64,000 nucleotides of DNA from an uncultured Gammaproteobacteria bacterium (GCA_964552565.1 CAZKGL010000001.1:307061-371060); one strand, 5' to 3'; numbered from the stretch's first letter, positions 42,426 through 51,612 are shown. Translations and numbers: made by a program. The notes: generated from the sequence alone by a model not told the origin.

Positions 42426-44192
42426 ATGTCATTGTCCGTCCGCCCGACGATCCGGGTATTTTGGCGGCATGTGCGGCGGTACCCGGTCGTTGCGGCATTC
42501 CTGGCCGTCGCCTTGCTCGCGCTCAACCTGACTGAGCTTGCGCGGCCGCTGCTCGGCAAGCGGTTTTTTGACGTGTTCGAGTCGGGCCTTTCCGGCGGCG
42601 CGCTGCAGTCCGCCCTGGTTGACGTGCTCGTGCTCATGATCGGGCTCGGCGTCGTGCAGTTCTTGCTGTTCCGCGTCGCAAGCTTCATGAACAACTGGTT
42701 CCAGCCGCGGGTCATCGCCGACCTCGAGCGCACGGCGTTCGGATACATCCTCGACCATTCGTACCGGTTCTTCTCGAATAACTTCGCCGGTTCGTTGGTC
42801 CGGAAAATTCACCGCCTCGGACGCGCGTTCGAGACGATCGCCGACCAGCTCGAGTGGCGGCTTATCCAGCTTGTCGTCGCCATCGTCGGGACGATCATCA
42901 TTTTTTCCCTCCGCAGCCCGCTCGTCGCCGCCATCCTTGCGGCGTGGATCGTCATCTTCATCGCCGTGAACTTCGTCGTGGCGCGGTGGAAGCTCAAATA
43001 CGACACGGAGCGCGCGGAGCTCGACACGGAGGCGGGCGGCATGCTTTCCGACGCGGTGTCGAACGCGATGACCATCCAGCAGTTCGTCGGCAAGGACTTC
43101 GAACGGGCGCGTTACGCGGAGGTCAGCGAGCGCTGGCGTGTCATGCAGACGTTTACGTGGAACCTTGGCGACATCAACGAAGCGATCCAGGCCGCGCTCA
43201 TGATCGTGCTCGAGGGCGTCACGATGTACTTCGCCATCCAGTTCTACATCGACGGCACGCTGACGCTCGGCGATTTCGCGCTGATCCAGACGGCGTTCAT
43301 CGGGCTCTTCACCAAGCTTTGGGATTTCGGCCGCGTCATCCGCCACACGTACGAAGGGTTTGCCGATGCGAAAGAAATGGTCGATATCCTCGAGCTGCCG
43401 CACGAGGTCCACGACAAGCCCACGGCAAAAAAACTCAAGGTCAAACACGGGCAGATCGAGTTTGTCGACGTGTCGTTCGCGTACAACATGACGCGGCCGG
43501 TGTTGCGCGACCTCTCGCTCACCATCACGCCGGGGGAGAAGATCGCGTTTGTCGGCCCGAGCGGTGCGGGCAAATCCACGGTCATCAAACTCCTCATGCG
43601 GTTCTTCGACGTCACAAGCGGGAAGATCCGCATCGACGGACAGAATATCGCCGACGTGACGCAGGACAGCGTGCGCGGCAACGTCTCGCTCGTCCCGCAG
43701 GACCCGCTGCTGTTCCACCGCAGCATCATGGAAAACATCCGCTACGGCCGGCGCACCGCGTCCGACGCCGAGGTCATTGCGGCGTCGAAGAAGGCGCACT
43801 GTCACGAGTTCATCACGCAGCTGCCGAGCGGCTACGACACGCTCGTCGGCGAACGCGGCATTAAGCTCTCCGGCGGCGAACGCCAGCGCGTCGCCATCGC
43901 GCGCGCCATCCTGAAGAACGCCCCGATCCTCGTCCTCGACGAGGCGACGTCGAGCCTCGATTCGGAAAGCGAAGCGTTGATCCAGGACGCCCTGCGCGCG
44001 CTCATGAAGGACAAGACCGTCATCGTCATCGCGCACCGCCTGTCGACCATCATGCAAATGGACCGGATTGTGGTTATCGAAAAGGGGGCGGTGACGGACG
44101 CGGGGCGACACGACGAGCTCGTGCGTCGAGAGGGGACATACCAAAAATTGTGGAGCATTCAGGCCGGGGGTTTTCTGCCAGATAAAGCATAA
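42426..44192 (+). CDS. ABC exporter, fused permease-ATPase (MsbA-like)
   Basis: Six-TM domain, then Walker A GPSGAGKST, signature LSGGERQR and Walker B ILVLDEATS. Confidence 0.85.
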   Translation: MSLSVRPTIRVFWRHVRRYPVVAAFLAVALLALNLTELARPLLGKRFFDVFESGLSGGALQSALVDVLVLMIGLGVVQFLLFRVASFMNNWFQPRVIADLERTAFGYILDHSYRFFSNNFAGSLVRKIHRLGRAFETIADQLEWRLIQLVVAIVGTIIIFSLRSPLVAAILAAWIVIFIAVNFVVARWKLKYDTERAELDTEAGGMLSDAVSNAMTIQQFVGKDFERARYAEVSERWRVMQTFTWNLGDINEAIQAALMIVLEGVTMYFAIQFYIDGTLTLGDFALIQTAFIGLFTKLWDFGRVIRHTYEGFADAKEMVDILELPHEVHDKPTAKKLKVKHGQIEFVDVSFAYNMTRPVLRDLSLTITPGEKIAFVGPSGAGKSTVIKLLMRFFDVTSGKIRIDGQNIADVTQDSVRGNVSLVPQDPLLFHRSIMENIRYGRRTASDAEVIAASKKAHCHEFITQLPSGYDTLVGERGIKLSGGERQRVAIARAILKNAPILVLDEATSSLDSESEALIQDALRALMKDKTVIVIAHRLSTIMQMDRIVVIEKGAVTDAGRHDELVRREGTYQKLWSIQAGGFLPDKA

Positions 44193-44283
44193 TTTTGGCA
44201 TTTCGGCTTGACTCGACCGTACTCCGGTGCTCACATGGGCTTGCACGCCGCCTTGGGGGGCGGAGTGCGCATAAGGGGGGACA

Positions 44284-44913
44284 ATGCTCAAGTTGGTCAG
44301 CGAACACCCGCAGGCGTTCCTGACGCTCTTCACCATCGTGTGCATCATGGCACTCGTGCTCCTGGCGGTCACCGGCGGGCTGCTCTACGAGTGGAACTCC
44401 ACGCGCGCGACGCTGAAGGACCGCGTGGAAGAGGTCGCGAACCTCCACACGCTGATGGAACAGGGGAAGGCGGCCGCGGACGGCGCGATTGCGGAGGCGC
44501 ACGCGTCCGATGCCGCGAAGCTCGAGGCCGAAGCGCGGGTGCGCGACAAGGAGCACGAGCGGCGGCGCCTCGACGGCTACGTCGACGGCATCCTCCTCGC
44601 GTTCCATACGGCCCGAAGCGTGCTCGGCGAGCGCGACTTCGCGCCGTTCGTGCGGCTGCTCTCGCACTGGGCGGTGGAGGAGGCCAAGCTCCAGAACATC
44701 CGCGGCCGCGACCGGTTCGTGGACCACGCCCTGCGCGTCGCGTGCGAGGAGCACCTCGTGACGCCGGAGATCCTCGCGGAGCTCCCTCCGGAGGTCATCG
44801 AGCGGACGGTTCGGCACCGTATCCGCGACCTGCAGAAGCACGGGGCCCAGGGGTGGGCGATCGTCGAGCACGCGCTCGCGTTGCCGGACGAAGAGCGCCC
44901 CGCGGCGAAATAG
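44284..44913 (+). CDS. Hypothetical membrane-anchored protein
   Basis: N-terminal TM, then a charged helical region. Confidence 0.4.
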   Translation: MLKLVSEHPQAFLTLFTIVCIMALVLLAVTGGLLYEWNSTRATLKDRVEEVANLHTLMEQGKAAADGAIAEAHASDAAKLEAEARVRDKEHERRRLDGYVDGILLAFHTARSVLGERDFAPFVRLLSHWAVEEAKLQNIRGRDRFVDHALRVACEEHLVTPEILAELPPEVIERTVRHRIRDLQKHGAQGWAIVEHALALPDEERPAAK

Positions 44914-44930
44914 GGGCGAAAAAGGGAGGC

Positions 44931-44972
44931 GTACCTGGGTGCTGGCTCGTGCCGCGCCCAGGTCGTTTTTTT
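44931..44972. terminator. Hairpin ACCTGGG...CCCAGGT followed by T8
   Basis: Read directly. Confidence 0.55.
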
Positions 44973-45037
44973 CTACGAAGATGCACCGCCCTTGTGAGGC
45001 GGTGCATGGGGACGGAACCAGCGTCCGTCGAGCGCGG

Positions 45038-45244
45038 TCATGACATGAATTCCGCGAGGTAGTTGCCGGCGAGGGTGATGAAGAGCACCACGGACACGAA
45101 GACGAGGCTCCGCATCCGCGCGCGCTCGGCGCCGGCCATGTCATGGGGATCGCGCGCCGTGCCGCGCTCGAATTCCGAAATGAGCCACAGGGCGATGCCG
45201 ATGAGGAACAGGCATCCGAGCACGACGTTGGCGAGCCAGGGCAT
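45038..45244 (-). CDS. Small two-TM membrane protein (68 aa) downstream of fmt
   Basis: GGAGGTG lies 5 nt upstream of the ATG at 45244. The longer ORF to 45517 is rejected. Confidence 0.45.
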   Translation of the reverse strand: MPWLANVVLGCLFLIGIALWLISEFERGTARDPHDMAGAERARMRSLVFVSVVLFITLAGNYLAEFMS

Positions 45245-45264
45245 GGGGCACCTCCGCCACCAGG

Positions 45265-46206
45265 CTACACGCCGAGCTCCGCGTTGGCAATGTCGGCGTA
45301 GCCGCGCAGGAAGGCATCGGCGGGCATGCGCGTGCCGCCTGCGGGCTGGATCGCAAGAATGCGCAGCGCGGTCGAGCCCGTGCCGACGTACAGCGATCCG
45401 TTTTCGACAAGTACGGTGGACGGTGGGATGGTGGGATGGTGGGATGGCGACGCAGCGAAAATTTTCAGCGTCATCGGCTGCCCATTCCGGTTCCATGTCG
45501 TCCACGTCCCGGGCCAAGGGTTATACGCGCGGATCTTCCGCTCGATGACTTCGGCCGGTTCGGCCCAGTCGATTTTTCCGTCTTCGCGGGTGAGGAGCGC
45601 ACAGAATGTCGCTTGAGTGTGATCTTGCGCTCTGGGCGTGGCTGTCCCCGCCGCGAGCTGTTTGAGCGTATCGAGAAGAAGCGGCGCGCCGTGCGCAACG
45701 ACTTTTTCCGTGAGGCTCGATGTCGTTTCGTCGGATACGACCGGGAACGTCGTTTGCGCAAGCACGGGGCCATGGTCCATCTCTGCATCAAGCAGCATGA
45801 GGGAAACGCCGGTTTCGGTTTCCCCATTCGCGATCGCGGAAATAATCGGCGACGGACCACGAAGTTTCGGCAGGAGCGAGGGGTGGACGTTGACACAGCC
45901 CATCGGCGGGATGTCGAGGACGGCCTGCGGGAGAATGCGGCCGTAGGCGATGACGACAAACGCATCCGCATCGAACGCGCGCAGCGTGTCATGGAATGCG
46001 GGATCCTTCAGCTTTGTGGGCTGGAGCACGGGGATGCCGAGGCTCATTGCCCTCGTCTTGACCGGCGACGGCGTCAGCTCCTTCTTTCTTCCGACCGGTT
46101 CATCCGACGTGGTGATCACTGCCGCAATTTCGAAAAACGGATCCGCATGGAGCGCGGAAAGGAATTGCCCGGCGAATTCCGGCGTACCAAAGAAAACGAG
46201 CTTCAT
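45265..46206 (-). CDS. fmt: Methionyl-tRNA formyltransferase
   Basis: MKLVFFGTPEFA...SLLPKLRGPSPI. Contains copy 3 of the in-frame repeat (SPSHHPTIPPST). Confidence 0.9.
   Translation of the reverse strand: MKLVFFGTPEFAGQFLSALHADPFFEIAAVITTSDEPVGRKKELTPSPVKTRAMSLGIPVLQPTKLKDPAFHDTLRAFDADAFVVIAYGRILPQAVLDIPPMGCVNVHPSLLPKLRGPSPIISAIANGETETGVSLMLLDAEMDHGPVLAQTTFPVVSDETTSSLTEKVVAHGAPLLLDTLKQLAAGTATPRAQDHTQATFCALLTREDGKIDWAEPAEVIERKIRAYNPWPGTWTTWNRNGQPMTLKIFAASPSHHPTIPPSTVLVENGSLYVGTGSTALRILAIQPAGGTRMPADAFLRGYADIANAELGV
45415..45447. repeat. In-frame repeat GGTGGACGGTGGGATGGTGGGATGGTGGGATGG (plus strand), copy 3, inside fmt
   Basis: The reverse complement CCATCCCACCATCCCACCATCCCACCGTCCACC matches the GT4 copy. 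Confidence 0.7.
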
Positions 46207-46213
46207 AGGAGAA

Positions 46214-46308
46214 GGGCGGGTGACGCCGAGCAGGTCCCCTGCTTGGGCGCGCAGACGAGTCCGACGAGTCGAGCACCCAACAGGGTGCGAAGGCGGCAGG
46301 ACCCGCCC
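46214..46308 (-). repeat. Interspersed long-hairpin repeat, copy C. It fills the def-fmt intercistronic gap in gene orientation.
   Basis: The reverse complement is identical to copy B except for termini GGGCGGG/CCCGCCC, which are a compensatory change. Confidence 0.8.
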
Positions 46309-46312
46309 GGCA

Positions 46313-46792
46313 TTACAGGCGCGACTTTACGTGGTTGATGATGTTCGTGGCGCGGTCGATGAACAGGATGCCGTCGAGGTGGTCGATCTCGTGCTGGAAA
46401 ATAATGGCCAGCAGTCCGTTGGCTTTCAGCGCGAGTTCCTCGCCCTTGCGGTTCTTCGCCTTTACCTTGACGCTCGAGTGGCGCTTCACCGCGCCGGAAA
46501 TGCCCGGGACGGAGAGGCAGCCCTCGATGCTCGTCACCATGCGCACCGAACGCGAGGTGATCTCGGGATTGATAAACGCCTCCACGCCATGCGGCGTCTC
46601 GACGATGATGATGCGCTGGTGCGCGCCAACTTGCGGCGCCGCGATGCCGACGCCGTTTTCTTCCGCCATCGTCTCGATGAGGTTGTCGATGAGCGCCTGC
46701 GTCTTCGCATCCGAAAGCTGCGCGTCGGTTACGGGCTGGGACACGACGCGGAGTTCAGGATTCGGATTGTGGAGCACGGTGAGTGCGGACAT
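46313..46792 (-). CDS. def: Peptide deformylase
   Basis: GIAAPQVG, EGCLS and HEIDHLDG motifs. Start taken at MSALTVLHNP; it overlaps the priA 3' end by ~38 nt. Confidence 0.85.
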   Translation of the reverse strand: MSALTVLHNPNPELRVVSQPVTDAQLSDAKTQALIDNLIETMAEENGVGIAAPQVGAHQRIIIVETPHGVEAFINPEITSRSVRMVTSIEGCLSVPGISGAVKRHSSVKVKAKNRKGEELALKANGLLAIIFQHEIDHLDGILFIDRATNIINHVKSRL

Positions 46793-48551
46793 AGGTCTGG
46801 TCGACGGAAATGACTGCGGTATCGGGAAGCGCGGCGAGTTGCGCGATGCTTGCGGAAAGCGTGTCGTAGGGGATGCGGCCGATGGCACCGAGGATCTCGG
46901 GTTCGGGGATGAACGGCGCGCCGACGACCGCGGCGACCGCTTCGGCATCGGCGTGGCGTACGGTGATGACCGCGCCGTAGGGCGGCAGGGCGTACCGTTC
47001 GCGGACCGCGCGTTCGTTCGTGAGGAACACGTCGGCATCCGTCATTGGGACGATGGCGTCGGGCATCCAGGTTTGGATGACGCAGGACGCGCCTTGCTGC
47101 CGGGCGAACTGCGACAGGCGGTGCAGCTTGCGCGCAGTCGTTTCCGCAGCGCGGAAATCGTCGGGGTTCATGGACAGGTCGATGCACGCGTCCGCGACAA
47201 GACCGAAGGCCTTTGGCGCAAACGGCGCGGCAACGTTCGCGAAGTAATACTCCGTCACGAGCAGGACATTCGCGTCCACGTCCGGCGGGCGACCCTTTTC
47301 GATGCGCGCGATCGTCGTTCCGGGCAGGAACTCGGCAAGCGATTTTTCGAGATGCGCGTTGCCGATGCCTTTTAGGCCAAGCCTGCCGTGCGTACACGAG
47401 GGGCAGGCGTCGGGGATCGGGAATGACGCCCGGCATCGGGGGCATTCGCACGCAGCGTCCGCAACCTTCGGGATACTGCCGCAGTCCCGGCAGGTCAAGA
47501 CGTGCCCGCAACTGCGGCACTGGACTCGCCTCGCCACCCCCTTGCGGTTGTAGAAAAGTAGCACCTTTTTTTGGCTTTGTAAAGCGGTTTTCATTTCCGC
47601 GAGCAGGCGCTCGGTGACGAGCTCGCTGCCGGTGGACTCTTCGGGACGCCGGAGGTCGACGACGACCGCCTGCGACGGCGCCAAAACGACGCTCCGGTCC
47701 GCGGCGCTGCGGTCTTCGGGGCGGGGGAGGCTGTCGCACAGGACAAGCGGGGCGCCGTGCTGCGCAGCTTGGGCTTCTGCGGCCAGGCGGGTGTCGAGGC
47801 GCGGGTTCCTGCGGTTCGAAAAGTGGTCGTCCGTCCCCGTCGTCATGACGAGCACGAGCCCGATGCGCTTTGCCGGCAAGAGGGAGGCTTGGAGCGTCCC
47901 GATGAGCGTGGTGACGGCGCCGCTGCGCCATGCATGGATGATGCGCTCGCGTTCCGCGGGCTTGGTGTGGCCGTGGAGCACCGCCGTGTGTCCGCCGAAC
48001 GCGATCGTCCTGCCGAGCAGGTCGGCGTCGCGTTCGCGCGGGACGACGATGAGGAGCTGTTCCCGCGTCCGCTTGCGCAGCACTTGGGCGAGGGCATAGG
48101 CGCCTTCGGGGGAGAGCTGGCACGAAAGCGTCATTGCGCCGTCGAGCGCGGCGACGGCGGCGCTGACGGCGTCGGCGACCTCGCGGGGCAGCGACAACGA
48201 TGCGGGCGACGCATGCGCGGCGCGCGGCAACGCGCGGTCGCCGTTTGGGGCGCCGAAGGCGTAGTGGAGGAGCGTCGACGGCGATTGGGCGATCGCCTGC
48301 GCGAGCGAGGTGGTCCGCGCGATGTCGCCGGCGCCGAGCGCCGCGGGGAACGCCACGTCCTGCACGTCCGAGAGGTCGCCGCGGACCTCGGTCACGTCGG
48401 AGAGCGCGGCGACGGCGCCGACGATCGTGCGGCCGTGGAAGGGGACGCGCACGAGGTCGCCCACCGCAACGCGGACGCCGTCGGGGACGCGATAATCAAA
48501 CACGCCGAACCTCCTCGGCAGACGCAAGAGTGGGAGGATGCGGGCGAACAT
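46755..48551 (-). CDS. priA: Primosomal protein N' (PriA)-like with degenerate helicase motifs
   Basis: PriA N-terminus (FDYRVP...VRVPFHGR) and the Cys-rich zinc region CRSCGH...CRDCGS...CPRC...CPSC. No clear Walker A. Confidence 0.6.
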   Translation of the reverse strand: MFARILPLLRLPRRFGVFDYRVPDGVRVAVGDLVRVPFHGRTIVGAVAALSDVTEVRGDLSDVQDVAFPAALGAGDIARTTSLAQAIAQSPSTLLHYAFGAPNGDRALPRAAHASPASLSLPREVADAVSAAVAALDGAMTLSCQLSPEGAYALAQVLRKRTREQLLIVVPRERDADLLGRTIAFGGHTAVLHGHTKPAERERIIHAWRSGAVTTLIGTLQASLLPAKRIGLVLVMTTGTDDHFSNRRNPRLDTRLAAEAQAAQHGAPLVLCDSLPRPEDRSAADRSVVLAPSQAVVVDLRRPEESTGSELVTERLLAEMKTALQSQKKVLLFYNRKGVARRVQCRSCGHVLTCRDCGSIPKVADAACECPRCRASFPIPDACPSCTHGRLGLKGIGNAHLEKSLAEFLPGTTIARIEKGRPPDVDANVLLVTEYYFANVAAPFAPKAFGLVADACIDLSMNPDDFRAAETTARKLHRLSQFARQQGASCVIQTWMPDAIVPMTDADVFLTNERAVRERYALPPYGAVITVRHADAEAVAAVVGAPFIPEPEILGAIGRIPYDTLSASIAQLAALPDTAVISVDQTYVRTHRAPQSES

Positions 48552-49342
48552 CAGTCCATCATGAAATGCACGACCGCATAGCCGACGCCGAACGGGTGCT
48601 CGTAGCTCATGATGCTCGGCGTCATGGCGGTGCCTTCGAGCACGCCAAGGAGGATGAGGAGCTTCTGGTACGCCGACTCCTGGGCATGGCGGCGCAACGA
48701 CTCATCCATGTGCATGAGCCCGACCGCATTATGATGCTCGAGCGCGGTGAGGAGCGTTTCGTCGTAGCGGATGCCGTCCTCGTGGAACCCGCCCGGCGCG
48801 AAATCGGTCAGCGTGTGGGCGAGGTCGCCTGCGGAGATGACGGCGATCCGCTTGCGGCTTTCCACCAGCGTCGGTTTCAAGGCCTGGCCGAACGCGAAGT
48901 GCGCCTTCGGGTCAAGGCCGGAAGGGCTGATGGGCACGATACGGATGTGCGGCAATTTTTCCGTGAGGAACTCGAGTGGGACCGCGGCGGAAAAATGGAG
49001 GCGGTCGTCGGTCGACAGCGACACGGGCTCGCCGGCCTGGCGCAATGCGCGCTGCAGGGCGTCGATGAGGGGAAAGTCGGGATGGTACGTCTTCTGGTAC
49101 CCGAGGTAGCCGACGTCGGAGAGGTCGCAGCGGTACGGATCGCTCACCGAAATCGAGAAGGCGTCATCGTACTGCGTCGGGTGGTCGGAGAGGAGGAGGA
49201 TGGTGTCCGGCTTTGCCGCGTACAGCTCGCCGGCGAGCTCCTCGAGCGCGTCGCGGGTCTTGGCGACTGCGCCAATGCGGTCGCCCGCAACGGGCGGCAG
49301 GAGGAGCGGCGAGTTTGGGACGTGTGCGGCAAAGACGATCAT
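48551..49342 (-). CDS. Class III extradiol dioxygenase / MEMO-like superfamily protein
   Basis: N-terminal AAHVPNSP (HxxP-type) and VISAGDLAHTL resemble LigB/Memo signatures. Confidence 0.4.
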   Translation of the reverse strand: MIVFAAHVPNSPLLLPPVAGDRIGAVAKTRDALEELAGELYAAKPDTILLLSDHPTQYDDAFSISVSDPYRCDLSDVGYLGYQKTYHPDFPLIDALQRALRQAGEPVSLSTDDRLHFSAAVPLEFLTEKLPHIRIVPISPSGLDPKAHFAFGQALKPTLVESRKRIAVISAGDLAHTLTDFAPGGFHEDGIRYDETLLTALEHHNAVGLMHMDESLRRHAQESAYQKLLILLGVLEGTAMTPSIMSYEHPFGVGYAVVHFMMD

Positions 49343-49351
49343 ATGGCGCGG

Positions 49352-50707
49352 TTATTCGGCGATGTCTGCACCGAGCGGGTGGAGCGCGAGCGTCCCGTCG
49401 TCGATGGTGACGATATCATCCCACGACCAGCCGTACGCAAGGAAGACCTGTTCGGACGCGATCGCGCGGCGCATGCCGTCGGTAATGACGTACACGACCG
49501 GCGTCGACCCCTTCACGAGGTAGCCGTCGGGCAGGAGGAGCGCGTCGCCCTCGCGGAATTGTTCGATGACGACCGGCGCGACGCTCGTCGGCGTCTGTCC
49601 GGGGAACCGCGCGTCTGCGATCGCCGGGTCGGTGATGACGTGGCGCGTGCCGTCCTGAATGAAGTATCGCGTCCCGTTCGTGCTCAACTGGTACAGGGTG
49701 CCGGTCGGAGCGACGGTCGCCGTCGTGATGGGTTCGCCCTCGCCATACGTCTCACGGTCTTCGTTCGTGATATCCACGATCTCGTCCTCGCTGAACCCGA
49801 CGGCGCGGAACGCCTCCATGCTTTCGATGTGCCGCAGGCTGTCGTCGACCAAGAGGAAGATGCTGCCGTCCTCGTCGCGCAGGAGGCTGTAGTTGGGGAA
49901 ACTGATCGGGGCACCGTCCGCGTAGTTGTCGAGCGTCGTCTTGCTGACCGGGATGATGAGATCCTCGTTAAAGCGCGAGAGGAGCGCGCTGCGGCTCGTG
50001 ATGGGGCGGCGGTAGCCATACTCGATGAGGTAGACGCCGGGCTCGCCGACGGCCTGGAGGAGCGACCCGGTCGGGTATTCGGCGCCAAACCAGCGGTCCC
50101 AGATGGCCGCGAAGTTTTCGTTGCCGTGGAGGTGGGGCGTGTACGCGTAGAGCGCGGCGGTCGCGGCGTTTTCCGGCACGACGGTCGTGCCGTCGATCGT
50201 CACCGGGATGTCCGGGCCGTACTTGCCCTGCGTAATGCCGTCACTTTCAATATCTGCAAGATAGCCTTCGCTGAACTGCATCGCCGCGGAATTCACTTGC
50301 TTGCCAAAGCCCTTCCAGCGTTGGATGGCCGGGTCGTCCATGCTGCAGTCGTCGCACACGGCGTAACCCGCTGCCCAGTCGAGCTGCTTCTGCGTGGGCT
50401 CGTCGTCCTCGACGAGACTCTGCTCTTTTTGCAGCAGCACGAGGAGGAAGCGGGGGCTGACGCCATGCATTTGCGCGGCGCGCCAGATAATGTCCGCCGC
50501 ATACCGCGTGACGCCGGCATAGTCCTCGGTTTTGTAGTCGCCGAGGTATCCGCGCTCGAGGTAGGCCTGGATTTGGTTTCGGTCGAGCGAAAAAGGGTTG
50601 GTGAGTTCGTCGTCGGAGATGATGTAGTCGGGGTTGAACGCAAGCGCCGGAGCAATCGGCGCGAACGTAACACCAAAAATCGCAAGCGTAGCAAATAGAC
50701 GCTTCAT
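49352..50707 (-). CDS. Secreted hypothetical protein (451 aa), possibly cell-wall related
   Basis: Signal peptide MKRLFATLAIFGVTFAPIAPALA; no confident family. Confidence 0.4.
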   Translation of the reverse strand: MKRLFATLAIFGVTFAPIAPALAFNPDYIISDDELTNPFSLDRNQIQAYLERGYLGDYKTEDYAGVTRYAADIIWRAAQMHGVSPRFLLVLLQKEQSLVEDDEPTQKQLDWAAGYAVCDDCSMDDPAIQRWKGFGKQVNSAAMQFSEGYLADIESDGITQGKYGPDIPVTIDGTTVVPENAATAALYAYTPHLHGNENFAAIWDRWFGAEYPTGSLLQAVGEPGVYLIEYGYRRPITSRSALLSRFNEDLIIPVSKTTLDNYADGAPISFPNYSLLRDEDGSIFLLVDDSLRHIESMEAFRAVGFSEDEIVDITNEDRETYGEGEPITTATVAPTGTLYQLSTNGTRYFIQDGTRHVITDPAIADARFPGQTPTSVAPVVIEQFREGDALLLPDGYLVKGSTPVVYVITDGMRRAIASEQVFLAYGWSWDDIVTIDDGTLALHPLGADIAE

Positions 50708-50723
50708 AGATTTCCATTATAGC

Positions 50724-50816
50724 AAAAATCGGGTCCTGCCACCTTCGCACCCTGTTGAGTGCTCGACTGGCGTCTGCGCGCTCAACAGGGGACCTGCTCG
50801 GTGTCACCCGGTTTTT
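50724..50816 (+). repeat. Interspersed long-hairpin repeat, copy D, antisense to the flanking genes
   Basis: AAAAATCGGG...CCCGGTTTTT termini, with two internal compensatory pairs relative to copy B. Confidence 0.75.
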
Positions 50817-50850
50817 GCCTACCTATAGGCGGGGTCCCCGCACCCCGCCG

Positions 50851-51537
50851 TTACTTCACCTCCGGCAAAAACGGGATGCGCGCGAGGACGAACTTGGTAA
50901 TGGGGAAGAAGCGGAGTTGCTCGAGGAGGGGGTTGAGCCAGCCGGTCGTGATGCAGTAATGCGAATCGTGCGGGGCGGTGTGGTGGAGTCGGTGGCGTGC
51001 CGGGGTGAGGATCAGGCCGCGCGCTTGGAGCCATCGTGCGACTGCGTTCGGGTTGTCCTGGTGCGCCCACTTGTGGATTTGGTTTGTGAAGAAGATGCTG
51101 ATGACGAGGAAGAACAGCGAGGCAAACGCGAAGGCGATCCACGGGTTCGCAAGCCATGCGGCGGGCACGGCGTGGTACAGAACAAGCATGACCGGCAGCG
51201 ACACGAGGCAATTGTTGCCGTTCGTATAGTAGAAGTCGTGGCGCGTGATCGCCTTCTGGTCGGTGTGGTGTTCGCGGAATGCGTAGATGAACGCCTTGCC
51301 GACGACCGGCGTGTGCTCGTCACCGACCGTGTCGCCGAGGAAGTGCACGAAGCCGGACGCAAAGTCGGCGAGCAGGTAGCCGACTACAGGGGAGAACGCG
51401 AGCAGGACGACGTCGAGCACCGCATCTGCGGTAACGAAGAACCCGACGACCTTCACGAACAGCAAAACGGCGTACACGAGGTACGCCCACGTGCTCGCAA
51501 TGTGGAGCCAGCGGAAGTCCTTTGGCTGGTCATGCAT
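50851..51537 (-). CDS. Membrane fatty-acid/lipid desaturase-like protein (CarF/TMEM189-type His boxes)
   Basis: Histidine motifs FREHH, HKWAH and HRLHH in a polytopic membrane protein. Start taken at MHDQPKDF. Confidence 0.45.
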   Translation of the reverse strand: MHDQPKDFRWLHIASTWAYLVYAVLLFVKVVGFFVTADAVLDVVLLAFSPVVGYLLADFASGFVHFLGDTVGDEHTPVVGKAFIYAFREHHTDQKAITRHDFYYTNGNNCLVSLPVMLVLYHAVPAAWLANPWIAFAFASLFFLVISIFFTNQIHKWAHQDNPNAVARWLQARGLILTPARHRLHHTAPHDSHYCITTGWLNPLLEQLRFFPITKFVLARIPFLPEVK

Positions 51538-51612
51538 ACGTTGCCGCCCACGATGCCGGATTTTTTGGCTTTTGTCAACGCAAAAGCAGGCCGTGGGGCC
51601 TGCTCTGCGCAC

